64,000 bases of DNA from Clostridia bacterium (GTDB taxonomy: Bacteria; Bacillota; Clostridia; Saccharofermentanales; UBA5734), in NCBI GenBank assembly GCA_040776905.1, contig JAXGZQ010000001.1, positions 1,564,400-1,628,399 of the forward strand. Reading direction: 5' to 3'. The notes beneath the pieces were generated by a model. That model did not search any database, had not been told where the DNA came from, and saw only the letters and a program-made list of their open reading frames with translations. The position numbers and the translations under genes are program-made. Positions 28,047 to 36,721 of this stretch are shown one piece after another (position 1 is the first letter of the stretch; each line of letters opens with the position of its first letter).

Positions 28047-29103
28047 CTAATTCGCGCACCAGTTCAATGATCTTGCGGAAATTATCGAAACTGACGGTAT
28101 TGGGAATGGAGTGGTCAGACGCGAAAATGTAGCCGCCGGATTCTTTCATGACCGGAATGACCCGTCTCATTTCAGCTTCGATTTTTTCCCGATCATCCCA
28201 GAGCACCGCGTTGATGCCGCCATGGAAAACCAGATCCCGGCCGTAGGCCTGCTTGAGCCCGACCGGATTCATCCCGGCCTTGACCTCCAGCGGATTGAGC
28301 GCATCGAGTCCGATCTCGATCAGTTCGGGCACAATGGGATTGATGTCGCCGCAGGAATGCAGGTGGGCCTTGATCCCGTGCGCATGGGCCCATTCGATCG
28401 CGCGCTTTTGAACAGGTTTCAGCAGTTCCCGGTACATATCCAGCGAGAAAAACTGATGCTGGCGGTAGCCCATGTCATCCGGCCAGGTGATACAGTCAAA
28501 GTGATAGCCGGCATCCCAGACCTGATCCAGCAGTGCCAGTCCGGTGTCCAGGTAATGATTAAACATGTCAACACACCATTCAGGTTCTTCAATCATCGCG
28601 ATCAACAGTGTTTCGGTTCCGGTCATCCAGGAATGCGTAACGTCAAAGCCGAACCAGAGTCCGCCCTGGATCCAGGCTCCCTGCTCACGCCATTTCCGGT
28701 AATTTTTCTGCAGTTCACGCCAGTTGATCCGGTCCGGCGAAGCGGTCATTCTGGCTTTCGCTTCTATCCAGGAGTCAGGCGTTGTGATCTTGAAATCAAG
28801 AAATTCCGGGGTGCTGTCCAGTGCCTTGAACTGGCGCAGTGTCACACCCCAGGGCGTCGTTTCAATGGTCCAGTCATCATTTTCCTCAAGGACCCTGACC
28901 GGGTAGCGTGGCGAATTGTCAACCGATATCTGAACAACATGGTCCAGATCGAAATAGTCAATATAACTCATTCCGGCCGGCAGACCTTCACGATGCCAGC
29001 GCTGGATCGTTCCGCGCCAGGGCTGATCGCTGATGGGGATTCTGTCGGCATCTTTGTGTGCGTAGATGCGGCTGAACCGTTCATGTGATGTCATGGGTTT
29101 CAT
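28033..29103 (-). CDS. uroporphyrinogen decarboxylase (URO-D/MtaA-like) family protein
   Basis: 356 aa. Family-typical N-terminus SHERFSRIYAHKDADRIPI, and WPDDMGY...LHSCGD...NPLE motifs. AGGAGG SD before ATG 29103. Confidence 0.8.
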   Translation of the reverse strand: MKPMTSHERFSRIYAHKDADRIPISDQPWRGTIQRWHREGLPAGMSYIDYFDLDHVVQISVDNSPRYPVRVLEENDDWTIETTPWGVTLRQFKALDSTPEFLDFKITTPDSWIEAKARMTASPDRINWRELQKNYRKWREQGAWIQGGLWFGFDVTHSWMTGTETLLIAMIEEPEWCVDMFNHYLDTGLALLDQVWDAGYHFDCITWPDDMGYRQHQFFSLDMYRELLKPVQKRAIEWAHAHGIKAHLHSCGDINPIVPELIEIGLDALNPLEVKAGMNPVGLKQAYGRDLVFHGGINAVLWDDREKIEAEMRRVIPVMKESGGYIFASDHSIPNTVSFDNFRKIIELVRELGSYR

Positions 29104-29221
29104 GGCTGGCCTCCTGAGGTGCCGTCTTCCGAAACGAGACAGCGTTATCGTTATGATCAGCATATCATAAACTGATTTCACTGATTGCTGCAATGATGGA
29201 TGATTCATTCATGGCTTGTTA

Positions 29222-29250
29222 TTGACATATGCCCATAACTGTTTTATACT
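29222..29250 (+). promoter_or_regulatory. near-consensus sigma-A promoter for the DUF5320 pair
   Basis: TTGACA (29222-29227), a 17-nt spacer, then TATACT (29245-29250). Confidence 0.5.
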
Positions 29251-29312
29251 GATTATACGGTCCGGCACCAATCCGCCTGACCGAAATGAAAGAATGTGAG
29301 GAGATGAGCATC

Positions 29313-29507
29313 ATGCCGGGAAGAGATGGAACAGGACCAGCCGGCACTGGCTCGTTTGGCCCGGGTGGCGGACGTGGCCGGCTGGCCGCTGGCCGCGATG
29401 GTCATTGTGTTTGTCCGTCCTGTGGACATCGAAGTGTCCATCAAGTTGGCCAACCATGTACAGAACAGGTCTGCCCGAAATGCGGCAGCAGAATGATTCG
29501 TGAATGA
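29313..29507 (+). CDS. DUF5320-like small protein with a C-terminal zinc ribbon
   Basis: MPGRDGTGPAGTG... N-terminus typical of DUF5320 as I recall it; CVCPSCG...CPKCG four-Cys ribbon. GAGGAG SD 9 nt before ATG 29313. Confidence 0.65.
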   Translation: MPGRDGTGPAGTGSFGPGGGRGRLAAGRDGHCVCPSCGHRSVHQVGQPCTEQVCPKCGSRMIRE

Positions 29508-29537
29508 TGAAATGAAACAATAAAGGGAGATGAGTTT

Positions 29538-29852
29538 ATGCCAAGAGGAGATCGAACCGGCCCAATGGGTCAGGGCGCGATGAGTGGACGTGGAATGGGA
29601 TTCTGCGCCGGATATCCGAATCCCGGGTTTACCCGTGGTGGACGAATGGGCGGCTTTGGACGTGGAATGGGACGTGGTTTCGGCCGCGGCTGGTTTCGCG
29701 GCGGTTATGCCGCCGGCTGGCCGGCGTACGGCAATCCGCCCGTGGATGTCCCGGACATCAGTGAAAAGGAAGCGCTGAAGCAGCAATCCGATTATCTGAA
29801 ACAGCAGCTGAAGCAGATTGATGATCGACTGGATCAAATCAAAGAAGACTGA
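29538..29852 (+). CDS. DUF5320 family protein (Gly/Arg-rich region + C-terminal coiled coil)
   Basis: MPRGDRTGPMGQGAMSGRGMGFCAGY... followed by GRGMGRGFGRGWFRGG and the heptad-like EKEALKQQSDYLKQQLKQIDDRLDQIKE. AAGGGAGA SD. Confidence 0.7.
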   Translation: MPRGDRTGPMGQGAMSGRGMGFCAGYPNPGFTRGGRMGGFGRGMGRGFGRGWFRGGYAAGWPAYGNPPVDVPDISEKEALKQQSDYLKQQLKQIDDRLDQIKED

Positions 29853-29865
29853 TTGATCTCAACAA

Positions 29866-29898
29866 AAGGGAAGCCGGTTTGCCGGCTTCCTTTTTGTT
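29866..29898 (+). terminator. intrinsic terminator after the DUF5320 pair
   Basis: GGAAGCCGG-TTTG-CCGGCTTCC stem-loop followed by TTTTTG. Confidence 0.7.
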
Positions 29899-29950
29899 TG
29901 CCTCCAGCGCAGATTCATCTTATAATGGCGGAAAAACCGGAGGTGATCTG

Positions 29951-30325
29951 ATGTTGGAATATGAGATGCTGGACTGCAAGGTATGGGCTGTCATCGGCGC
30001 GAATGAGAACCCGAAAAAATACGGTAATATGATTTACCGCAAATTGAAGGCAAGGGGCTATAACGTCTACCCTGTCAATCCCCGGTATGAAACCGTCGAC
30101 GGGGATACCTGCTACGCGACGCTTTCTGATCTGCCGGAAGTACCGGATGTGATCAACATGGTAGTCGCTCCGGCGCGTGGAGCCGCGTTCCTGCGTGAAG
30201 CCGCGTCGCTGGGTATTCGCTATGTCTGGCTGCAGCCCGGCACCTATGATGATGACTTGCTGCAATTAATCGAGGAACTCGAACTGACCGCTGTTCAGGC
30301 TTGTGTGCTCGTCGCGACCCGCTGA
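29951..30325 (+). CDS. CoA-binding domain protein (YccU/YneT-like)
   Basis: VWAVIGANENPKKYGNMIYRKLKARGYNVYPVNP is the family hallmark. GGAGGTGA SD before ATG 29951. Confidence 0.85.
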   Translation: MLEYEMLDCKVWAVIGANENPKKYGNMIYRKLKARGYNVYPVNPRYETVDGDTCYATLSDLPEVPDVINMVVAPARGAAFLREAASLGIRYVWLQPGTYDDDLLQLIEELELTAVQACVLVATR

Positions 30326-30346
30326 GCAGAAAGCATCACAAATATA

Positions 30347-30386
30347 AGGCGGCGCCTGCCCTGATCAGCAGCGCGCCGCCTTTTTC
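30347..30386. terminator. stem-loop terminator between convergent genes
   Basis: AAGGCGGCGC ... GCGCCGCCTT 10-bp stem followed by TTTC. Confidence 0.55.
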
Positions 30387-30416
30387 ATGTCTGGAATAGT
30401 CCGTGTGCCGGCTCAG

Positions 30417-31046
30417 CTACCACGCGACTTCGCGGGCATGAGCGTCAAACATCGCCAGGCGATATTCACCGGCGCGTTCGCTTCCGGCCTGCTCAAAGCA
30501 GCGGGGCCGCGTCATGAATTCACCGGCATAGTCCAGTCCCTCATCACGGCAGTACAGCCTGAAGCTGAAGCCCTGTGGCCTCAGCTGATGGAACAACAGC
30601 GACATCAGGCGGTTGGTGGCAGCTGCCGCCACACAGAAGCCGGCCCGGTCAGTTCGCTGATTGGCGCCGACACTGCTGTCAGAAGACGTCAGCAAAGCGA
30701 TCTGGCGTGTGGCTGCCGCGCGAAGCAGCGGTAGCAGGGCGTTGAAGATACGGATTGTACCCAGGGCGATCGTGTTATAATCTTCCTGCAGCCGGGCAAA
30801 ATCATCCGCGTTGACCGCGACTCCGGGACAGTGGAGAGGCCGTCCGGCAATGTCGATCACCAGCCGGTCGATCGCTGCGGTCTTCGCCTTGACGACATCA
30901 CGAATCCGGCCAATCTGATCATCACGGGTCAGATCCAGTTCCATACCGTCAAAGAAGAAAACCTGATCGCCACGGTTCTTGAAATAATCGATCAGTGCTG
31001 CATAGGTGCTTTCTTCATAACCGATCAGGACAATTTTCTCTTTCAT
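30417..31046 (-). CDS. degenerate SDR-fold protein lacking cofactor and catalytic motifs
   Basis: Collinear with the upstream SDR, but TGxxxGxG is replaced by IGYEESTY, NNAG by IDIAG, and YxxSK by FCVAA. GGAGG SD 9 nt before ATG 31046. Confidence 0.65.
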   Translation of the reverse strand: MKEKIVLIGYEESTYAALIDYFKNRGDQVFFFDGMELDLTRDDQIGRIRDVVKAKTAAIDRLVIDIAGRPLHCPGVAVNADDFARLQEDYNTIALGTIRIFNALLPLLRAAATRQIALLTSSDSSVGANQRTDRAGFCVAAAATNRLMSLLFHQLRPQGFSFRLYCRDEGLDYAGEFMTRPRCFEQAGSERAGEYRLAMFDAHAREVAW

Positions 31047-31062
31047 CTGATAGCGCCTCCGA

Positions 31063-31773
31063 TCAAAATGGCCAGGCCTGGCCTTCATTGTCAAGCAGAG
31101 CCAGACCCCGCTCCCATGGCTTTTCTTCAGTGAACAGCCTGACGGCTGCTTCCGCGGAGCTTTCCGGCGGAACCGTGGCCTTCATGTTCTTTTTCCCGGA
31201 CATATAGCTCTGCAGCCAGCCGGGATGGTAGAGCCGAAAACGGAATCCCTGGCCATCCAGCTCGTTATAAAGCTGGCGGACGCCCATATTCAGCGCCGTT
31301 TTCGACATGCAGTAGCCGGAGAACGCGTCGCGATTGCACATGGCGATGCTGCCGGCTTCAGACGATACAAAGCAGATACGGCGGTCACCGGCCTGCAGCA
31401 GCGGCAGAAAGGCTCTGGCCACGCGCAGCGGACCGACACTGTTGACATTCATCGCGGCGAGGGAGCCTTCAAGATGAATGTCTCCGTCAAGATCGCCTTC
31501 GCCGCGCGCTCCGATTCCAGCGTTATTGATCAGCATGTCCACATGGTCTGTCCGCGTTGAGACTGTGGCAGCTGCCTGGATGACGGATTCATCAGAACCG
31601 GCGTCGAGCGAAACCAGATGAAGCCGTTCGGGAAATCGGGTTCTGAGCGATTCAAGATCGGGCCATTCAGGCATGAACTGGCCGGCAAACACCTGCCAGC
31701 CGAGTTGCAGCAGACGATCGCATAACGCCAGCCCGAGACCGCGATCAGCGCCTGTAACGACAGCATTTTTCAT
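31063..31773 (-). CDS. SDR family oxidoreductase
   Basis: VVTGADRGLG, NNAGI, SSEAGS and YCMSK motifs. GGAGGT SD before ATG 31773. Confidence 0.85.
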   Translation of the reverse strand: MKNAVVTGADRGLGLALCDRLLQLGWQVFAGQFMPEWPDLESLRTRFPERLHLVSLDAGSDESVIQAAATVSTRTDHVDMLINNAGIGARGEGDLDGDIHLEGSLAAMNVNSVGPLRVARAFLPLLQAGDRRICFVSSEAGSIAMCNRDAFSGYCMSKTALNMGVRQLYNELDGQGFRFRLYHPGWLQSYMSGKKNMKATVPPESSAEAAVRLFTEEKPWERGLALLDNEGQAWPF

Positions 31774-31879
31774 GTCATCAACCTCCAGATGATTCATAGT
31801 CTGACTATAAGCATATCGATCCGCTTCCTATCAGGCAAGTTGATTCAACCAGATATTTACCGGAATTACCCTAAAGATC

Positions 31880-31907
31880 TTGGACGTTTTTCATTTGATG
31901 GTACAAT
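31880..31907 (+). promoter_or_regulatory. candidate promoter for the uxuA-like operon
   Basis: TTGGAC (31880-31885), a 16-nt spacer, and the extended -10 TGgTACAAT (31899-31907). Confidence 0.4.
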
Positions 31908-31943
31908 GGAACATGAGGCCAAAAATATTCTGGAGGTAGCATC

Positions 31944-32924
31944 ATGATTAAAATCGCAGAAGTTTTCCCGCCAAGACGCACCATACTCTGGGATCTGGTA
32001 AAACAGGTCGGCATTGAGCATGTGGTCGGCGGCATGGATCTGAGCCGGGCGCATATGAAAGGCGACCAGGCTCCCTGGAGTTATCTGTCACTGCTGGAAA
32101 TGAAGAACGCCTATGAGAATGGCGGCTTCAAGCTTGAAGTCATCGAGAGCCGTCCGCCTTTGAACAAAGCGAAACTGGGTCTTCCGGGACGTGACGAAGA
32201 AATCGAGAATGCCTGTGAGCTGATCCGCAATATGGGCAAGCTGAACATTCCGGTCTGGTGTTACGAATGGATGCCGGTACTGAACTGGACCCGTACATCA
32301 TCGACGATTCCCGGTCGTGGCGGCGCTCTGGTCACCGGTTATGATCATGAACAGATGCAGAAAGCCCCTCTGACTGAATATGGTGAAGTCAGTGAAGAGA
32401 CCCTGTGGGACAGCCTGCAGTATTTTCTTGACAAAGTCGTTCCGGTGGCGGAAAAAGCCGGCGTTAAACTGGCGATGCATCCGGATGATCCGCCGATTTC
32501 ACCGATGCGCGGTATGGGACGGATCATGAGCAGCATTGAAAATTACCAGCGTCTGCTCGACATGTATCCCAGCCCGGTCAATGGCATCGCGCTGTGCATG
32601 GGCAACTTTACCCTGATGACTGACGATCTGCCGGGCGTCATCCGCCATTTCGGAAAACAGGAAAAAATCTTCTTTGTTCATTTCCGTGATGTCAAAGGGG
32701 ACAAGTATAATTTTCAGGAAGCATTTCATGATGAAGGCAAGACCGATATGCTGGCCTGCATGGAAGCGTATCGTGACATCGGGTATGAAGGGGTCTGCCG
32801 TCCGGACCATGTTCCGACGATGGCGGGCGACAGCAATGACAATCCTTCTTATTCCAATATCGGCCGCCTGTTCGCGATCGGCTATCTGAAAGGGCTGCGT
32901 GAGGCGGTTTATCGCCAGCGCTGA
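31944..32924 (+). CDS. uxuA: mannonate dehydratase family protein (short UxuA type)
   Basis: 326 aa. Family motifs HPDDPP, FVHFRDV and RPDH. GGAGGT SD. Confidence 0.8.
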   Translation: MIKIAEVFPPRRTILWDLVKQVGIEHVVGGMDLSRAHMKGDQAPWSYLSLLEMKNAYENGGFKLEVIESRPPLNKAKLGLPGRDEEIENACELIRNMGKLNIPVWCYEWMPVLNWTRTSSTIPGRGGALVTGYDHEQMQKAPLTEYGEVSEETLWDSLQYFLDKVVPVAEKAGVKLAMHPDDPPISPMRGMGRIMSSIENYQRLLDMYPSPVNGIALCMGNFTLMTDDLPGVIRHFGKQEKIFFVHFRDVKGDKYNFQEAFHDEGKTDMLACMEAYRDIGYEGVCRPDHVPTMAGDSNDNPSYSNIGRLFAIGYLKGLREAVYRQR

Positions 32925-32938
32925 GGAGGAGTCCGCTG

Positions 32939-34159
32939 ATGAAGCAAAAAGACTATAAAGTCAATGTTGTCCGCTGCGATCACCGCAGCAGCCAGGCTGA
33001 AATTGATTCCGCGCTGCGTGATGTGACCGCTTCGCTGGATCGTTCCTGGGAACAACTGAAAAAAGCAAAGAAAATCGTCATTAAATTCAACGCGGTCTGG
33101 CCGCCGGAGCGGCTGGCCTTCTTTGAGGATACGTATCGTGAGCTGGTTGATCCCCGGGTCATGCTCGGCGTGCTTCGTCTGCTCAAGGAAAAAACGACCG
33201 CCAGACTATCGGTGGTCGACACCACACTGACCGGTGATGAAGTCGATGTCTATTTCAAGCCGATGCTGGAAGAGATGGGCGTGGAATTTGTCAACGGCAG
33301 CAATCAGCCGGTTCAGTGGTATGAGATCAAGGAAGGCGGCCTGATGTTCAACCGCTATCTTCTTTCCTCTCATTTCGCGGATGCCGACGCGGTGGTCTCA
33401 GTGGCAAAAATGAAATCGCATAAATCAACCGGGATTACCCTGTGTACCAAAAATTTCTTTGGTGTCAGCCCGCTGCCGCCGGCCGGACGGCCCCGTTCCT
33501 ATTTTCATCACATGGTCCGGCTGCCCTACTGTATGGTGGACTTCGCGATGATCCTCAAGCCCTGCCTCAATATTGTCGAAGGCCTGACATCACAGACCGG
33601 CAATGAGTGGGGCGGCGAGGGTGTGGTCACCGACCTGCTGATGGCCGGTGATCACGTGACCGCGACGGATGCCTGTGGTGCCCGGCTGATGAACAATGAT
33701 CCGGAAATCGACTGGCCGACACCGCCGTTCCGCCGTGAGCGCAATACCGTGTTTCTGGCGGCAAACAAAGGTTTCGGCACGCTCGACATGGACAAAATTG
33801 ATTTCACCAGCGACGTCAGTGTTCCCGCGGTGACGGCCGGTGTCTTCAATTCGATCGAGACGGATTCGCCTGAAACCATTTTCAGCTGGCGAAAAACCGC
33901 GTCTGAACAGGCACTGTTCTACCGCGATCATCGGGATCAGCTGATCGATCAGTATGAGAACGAGTATATTTTCCTGCAGCGCGGCGAAGTGGTCTGGCAC
34001 GGTAATGACCTGTCACTGCTGCGCAGCCGCCGCGAACTCAGCGGACGGTACAAGACGGAGTCTCTGTTCCTCAAGTTCGTTGATCGTGAAGAGACCGAGC
34101 AGGAAAATTATTCGGTATACGAAAAAGAACTGGACGCGATGACCGCGATGGAGGGCTGA
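32939..34159 (+). CDS. DUF362 domain protein with a C-terminal extension
   Basis: KIVIKFN...AKMKSHKSTGITLCTKNFFGVSP pattern typical of DUF362. Confidence 0.65.
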   Translation: MKQKDYKVNVVRCDHRSSQAEIDSALRDVTASLDRSWEQLKKAKKIVIKFNAVWPPERLAFFEDTYRELVDPRVMLGVLRLLKEKTTARLSVVDTTLTGDEVDVYFKPMLEEMGVEFVNGSNQPVQWYEIKEGGLMFNRYLLSSHFADADAVVSVAKMKSHKSTGITLCTKNFFGVSPLPPAGRPRSYFHHMVRLPYCMVDFAMILKPCLNIVEGLTSQTGNEWGGEGVVTDLLMAGDHVTATDACGARLMNNDPEIDWPTPPFRRERNTVFLAANKGFGTLDMDKIDFTSDVSVPAVTAGVFNSIETDSPETIFSWRKTASEQALFYRDHRDQLIDQYENEYIFLQRGEVVWHGNDLSLLRSRRELSGRYKTESLFLKFVDREETEQENYSVYEKELDAMTAMEG

Positions 34160-34201
34160 ATCAGTCTGTCACGCCGTTGACGGCCATAATCGAGGTGAAT
34201 C

Positions 34202-35272
34202 ATGCAAATTCCTGAAACGATGAAAGCGTTAACTGTCCGCCCCGGCCCTGTTTATCAGCTTGAACGCATCCCGACACCCCGTGCCGGTGAGGGCGAGGTC
34301 CTGATTAAGGTTGAGGCCTGCGGAATCTGCGCGGGTGACGTCAAAGCCCGCCAGAAAGCCGGACAGATGTGGGATCGGCCCGATAATCCGGACCATTCGA
34401 TTCCGGGACATGAGTTTTTCGGAACCGTTGTGGAAATCGGTGAGGGAATAACCGCTGTTTCGATTGGCGACCGGGTGATATCGGAGCAGATTGTTCCCTG
34501 CTGGAACTGTCGTTTCTGCAAAACAGGCCATTACTGGATGTGCAGGGAAAGCAATATCTATGGGTTTCGCGGCAATCCCGATGGCGGTATGGCTGAGTAC
34601 ATGATTTTCCCGGCCGGCGCGATTATTCATAAACTGCCGGCCGGCATGCCGATGGAACAGGCTGTGCTGATTGAACCTTATGCCTGTGGCAAGCATTGTG
34701 TCGACCGCAGCAAGGCCGGAAACGAAGATGTTGTGGTACTCTCCGGTGCCGGATGCCTCGGTCTCGGTATGCTGGGCGCACTCAAACTGCGCCAACCGAA
34801 GCAGATCATTGTCCTCGATGTCCGTGACGATCGGTTGGCCAAGGCTAAGGCATTCGGGGCTGATCTGACGATGAACCCGGCCAAAGAACCGGTGGCGGAT
34901 CAGGTGAGAGCACTGACGGATGGATTGGGCTGCGACATCTACATTGAAGCGACCGGCTACCCGCAGAGCGTCGAGCAGGGACTCGATATGATCCGTTCGC
35001 TGGGGACCTTTGTCGAGTTCGGCGTGTTCAATGATAAGGTGACCACTGACTGGACGGTCATCGGCGACCGCAAGGAACTGAACGTTCTGGGATCCCATCT
35101 GGGTCCGTACTGCTATGAACCGGTCATCGAATGGCTGGCAAGCGGCAAGCTGCCGAGTGATGGTGTTGTGACGCACCAGTTCCCGCTGGAACGCTGGGAA
35201 GAGGCCTTTGCCACCGCGCAGAGCGATCCGCAGGCGATCAAAGTGGTTCTGGTTCCAGGCCTGCAGGTGTGA
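34202..35272 (+). CDS. zinc-dependent alcohol/polyol dehydrogenase (MDR family)
   Basis: GICAGD...PGHEF.G catalytic-zinc motif, structural-zinc CWNCRFCKTGHYWMC, and the GAGCLG Rossmann motif. Confidence 0.85.
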   Translation: MQIPETMKALTVRPGPVYQLERIPTPRAGEGEVLIKVEACGICAGDVKARQKAGQMWDRPDNPDHSIPGHEFFGTVVEIGEGITAVSIGDRVISEQIVPCWNCRFCKTGHYWMCRESNIYGFRGNPDGGMAEYMIFPAGAIIHKLPAGMPMEQAVLIEPYACGKHCVDRSKAGNEDVVVLSGAGCLGLGMLGALKLRQPKQIIVLDVRDDRLAKAKAFGADLTMNPAKEPVADQVRALTDGLGCDIYIEATGYPQSVEQGLDMIRSLGTFVEFGVFNDKVTTDWTVIGDRKELNVLGSHLGPYCYEPVIEWLASGKLPSDGVVTHQFPLERWEEAFATAQSDPQAIKVVLVPGLQV

Positions 35273-35299
35273 TGCCTTGACTTATCCGAAAGAAAGAAA

Positions 35300-35331
35300 G
35301 AGGATCCGGTCTTGACCGGGTCCTCCTTTTC
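35300..35331. terminator. bidirectional stem-loop terminator
   Basis: GAGGATCCGG-TCTTGA-CCGGGTCCTC (one G-U pair), flanked by an A-rich left side and a CTTTT right side. Confidence 0.6.
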
Positions 35332-35352
35332 AAGATCAGCGCCGCATCGGGC

Positions 35353-36294
35353 TTACTGCCCTGAGACAGTATCAACTGCGGCAAAAATCTGAATCAGCCG
35401 GTTTCTTACATCCGCCGGCAGCGGACCCATCTGGATGTCACGAATATTCTGATGCAGATGATCCGGGTCGCCGGTCCCGCTGAGAATGACATGCAGGTTC
35501 GGTTCAGATACGCAGAAGCGGTATGCCAGTTCAGTGAGAGAAGAACAGTCGGCAGCTTCCATCAAGTCAGACAGAGGCTGTTCGGCATCGGCGACTGAGG
35601 CTTCGATCAAGCCGTCCTCCTTCAGTGACTGCAGCATCGGACGAAGCTGTTCAAAGCTGATCAACGCGCGTCGAACCGCGAACATATCGAGTGTTCCGAT
35701 ATCATGCTCAGCAGCCGGCTGCAGAACCCGCTGCCGTGCCGACTGATTGAGCAGGTTGAATCCGACCATCATCACATCCCAGAACTCATCGCGCGCAGCC
35801 CGGCCCAGAGCCGCATGCCCGGCATCTGACGCGAACCCTTCCGTGATGCCGGTAAAGCGGATTTTTCCCTGTTCTTTCAGTTTGATCAGGGCCGGAACCA
35901 ACTCGCTGACAACATAGTCATAGTCTTCAATCTTGACCGCGTGCAGGTGATAGATGTCAACAAAGTCTGTCTTCAGGCGGACCAGGCTGTCTTCGAGACT
36001 TTGCATGAGGTCCGCGCCGCTCTTGTGCCGATCATTGAGATAGACCCCGCCTTTGGTCGACAGGATGTACTGATCCCGACTGATACCGGACAGGGCCTGA
36101 CCGACCAGAGCCTCCGTCCCATACAGTTCTGAACTGTCAACCAGATTGATACCGTTATCGATGGCCTGGCGGACGATATTGACGCTGTCGGTCTCTGTTT
36201 TGCCGGTTCCCTGGCCGATTCGGCTGAATCCACCGGTTCCCAGGGCGATGACGCTGGAGCGAAGTCCGGTCCTGCCAAGTGTGCGATATAACAT
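35353..36294 (-). CDS. aldo/keto reductase
   Basis: MLYRTLGRTGLRSSVIALGTG N-terminus and a typical AKR layout. AGGAGG SD before ATG 36294. Confidence 0.85.
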   Translation of the reverse strand: MLYRTLGRTGLRSSVIALGTGGFSRIGQGTGKTETDSVNIVRQAIDNGINLVDSSELYGTEALVGQALSGISRDQYILSTKGGVYLNDRHKSGADLMQSLEDSLVRLKTDFVDIYHLHAVKIEDYDYVVSELVPALIKLKEQGKIRFTGITEGFASDAGHAALGRAARDEFWDVMMVGFNLLNQSARQRVLQPAAEHDIGTLDMFAVRRALISFEQLRPMLQSLKEDGLIEASVADAEQPLSDLMEAADCSSLTELAYRFCVSEPNLHVILSGTGDPDHLHQNIRDIQMGPLPADVRNRLIQIFAAVDTVSGQ

Positions 36295-36406
36295 AGGCTG
36301 CCTCCTGAGGATGTTTCTATATAACGACATAATAACATAGATAATATCATCGATGCGAATCAATCAGACTGGTCAGCATGCCGGCGAAGGCCGCCGGTCC
36401 TGTTGG

Positions 36407-36436
36407 TTGCATGTCGGTGCCGACTCATGCTAAAAT
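36407..36436 (+). promoter_or_regulatory. candidate promoter of the ABC-F leader
   Basis: TTGCAT (36407-36412), an 18-nt spacer, and the extended -10 TGcTAAAAT (36428-36436). Confidence 0.4.
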
Positions 36437-36479
36437 CTGACTGGAATCAAACAGATCTCACACAAGAAAGGGAAGCGCA

Positions 36480-36497
36480 ATGAAGAAAATTCGCTGA
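36480..36497 (+). promoter_or_regulatory. 5-codon upstream ORF (MKKIR-stop), candidate leader peptide
   Basis: ATG AAG AAA ATT CGC TGA with AAGGGA SD-like sequence 6 nt upstream. Immediately followed by TTTTTT. Confidence 0.35.
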
Positions 36498-36681
36498 TTT
36501 TTTCCAAACGCCGGACACTCGGGCTGGATGAGACTGTCTTTACGGACTGTCCTGTTCCAGATCATCTGACATAAGTCTGATGATGATCCCCATGTCCTGC
36601 CGGAAACAGCGAAGCATCTGATTGTTCCCCTGCGCACAGCCAAGCGATGCCCGAAGGGCTGACACGGCTGGCCCGGCCAAT

Positions 36682-36721
36682 CTCCTGATGATCGGTTTCC
36701 GGCGATCCCGGAGGTTTTTTT
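36682..36721 (+). terminator. attenuator: terminator-like hairpin that also sequesters the ABC-F SD
   Basis: CTCC-tgat-GATCG-gtttccgg-CGATC-cc-GGAG followed by G+T7, ending at the ATG (36722). The GGAGG SD forms the 3' arm. Confidence 0.5.

Noticed and set aside
28111-29837. Long antisense ORFs 28111..29088 (+, 325 aa) and 29253..29837 (-, 194 aa)
   Set aside because: They lie opposite the URO-D-like gene and the DUF5320 pair respectively. The second is produced by GGN/CGN codon runs of the Gly/Arg-rich sense gene. Neither has motifs or an SD.
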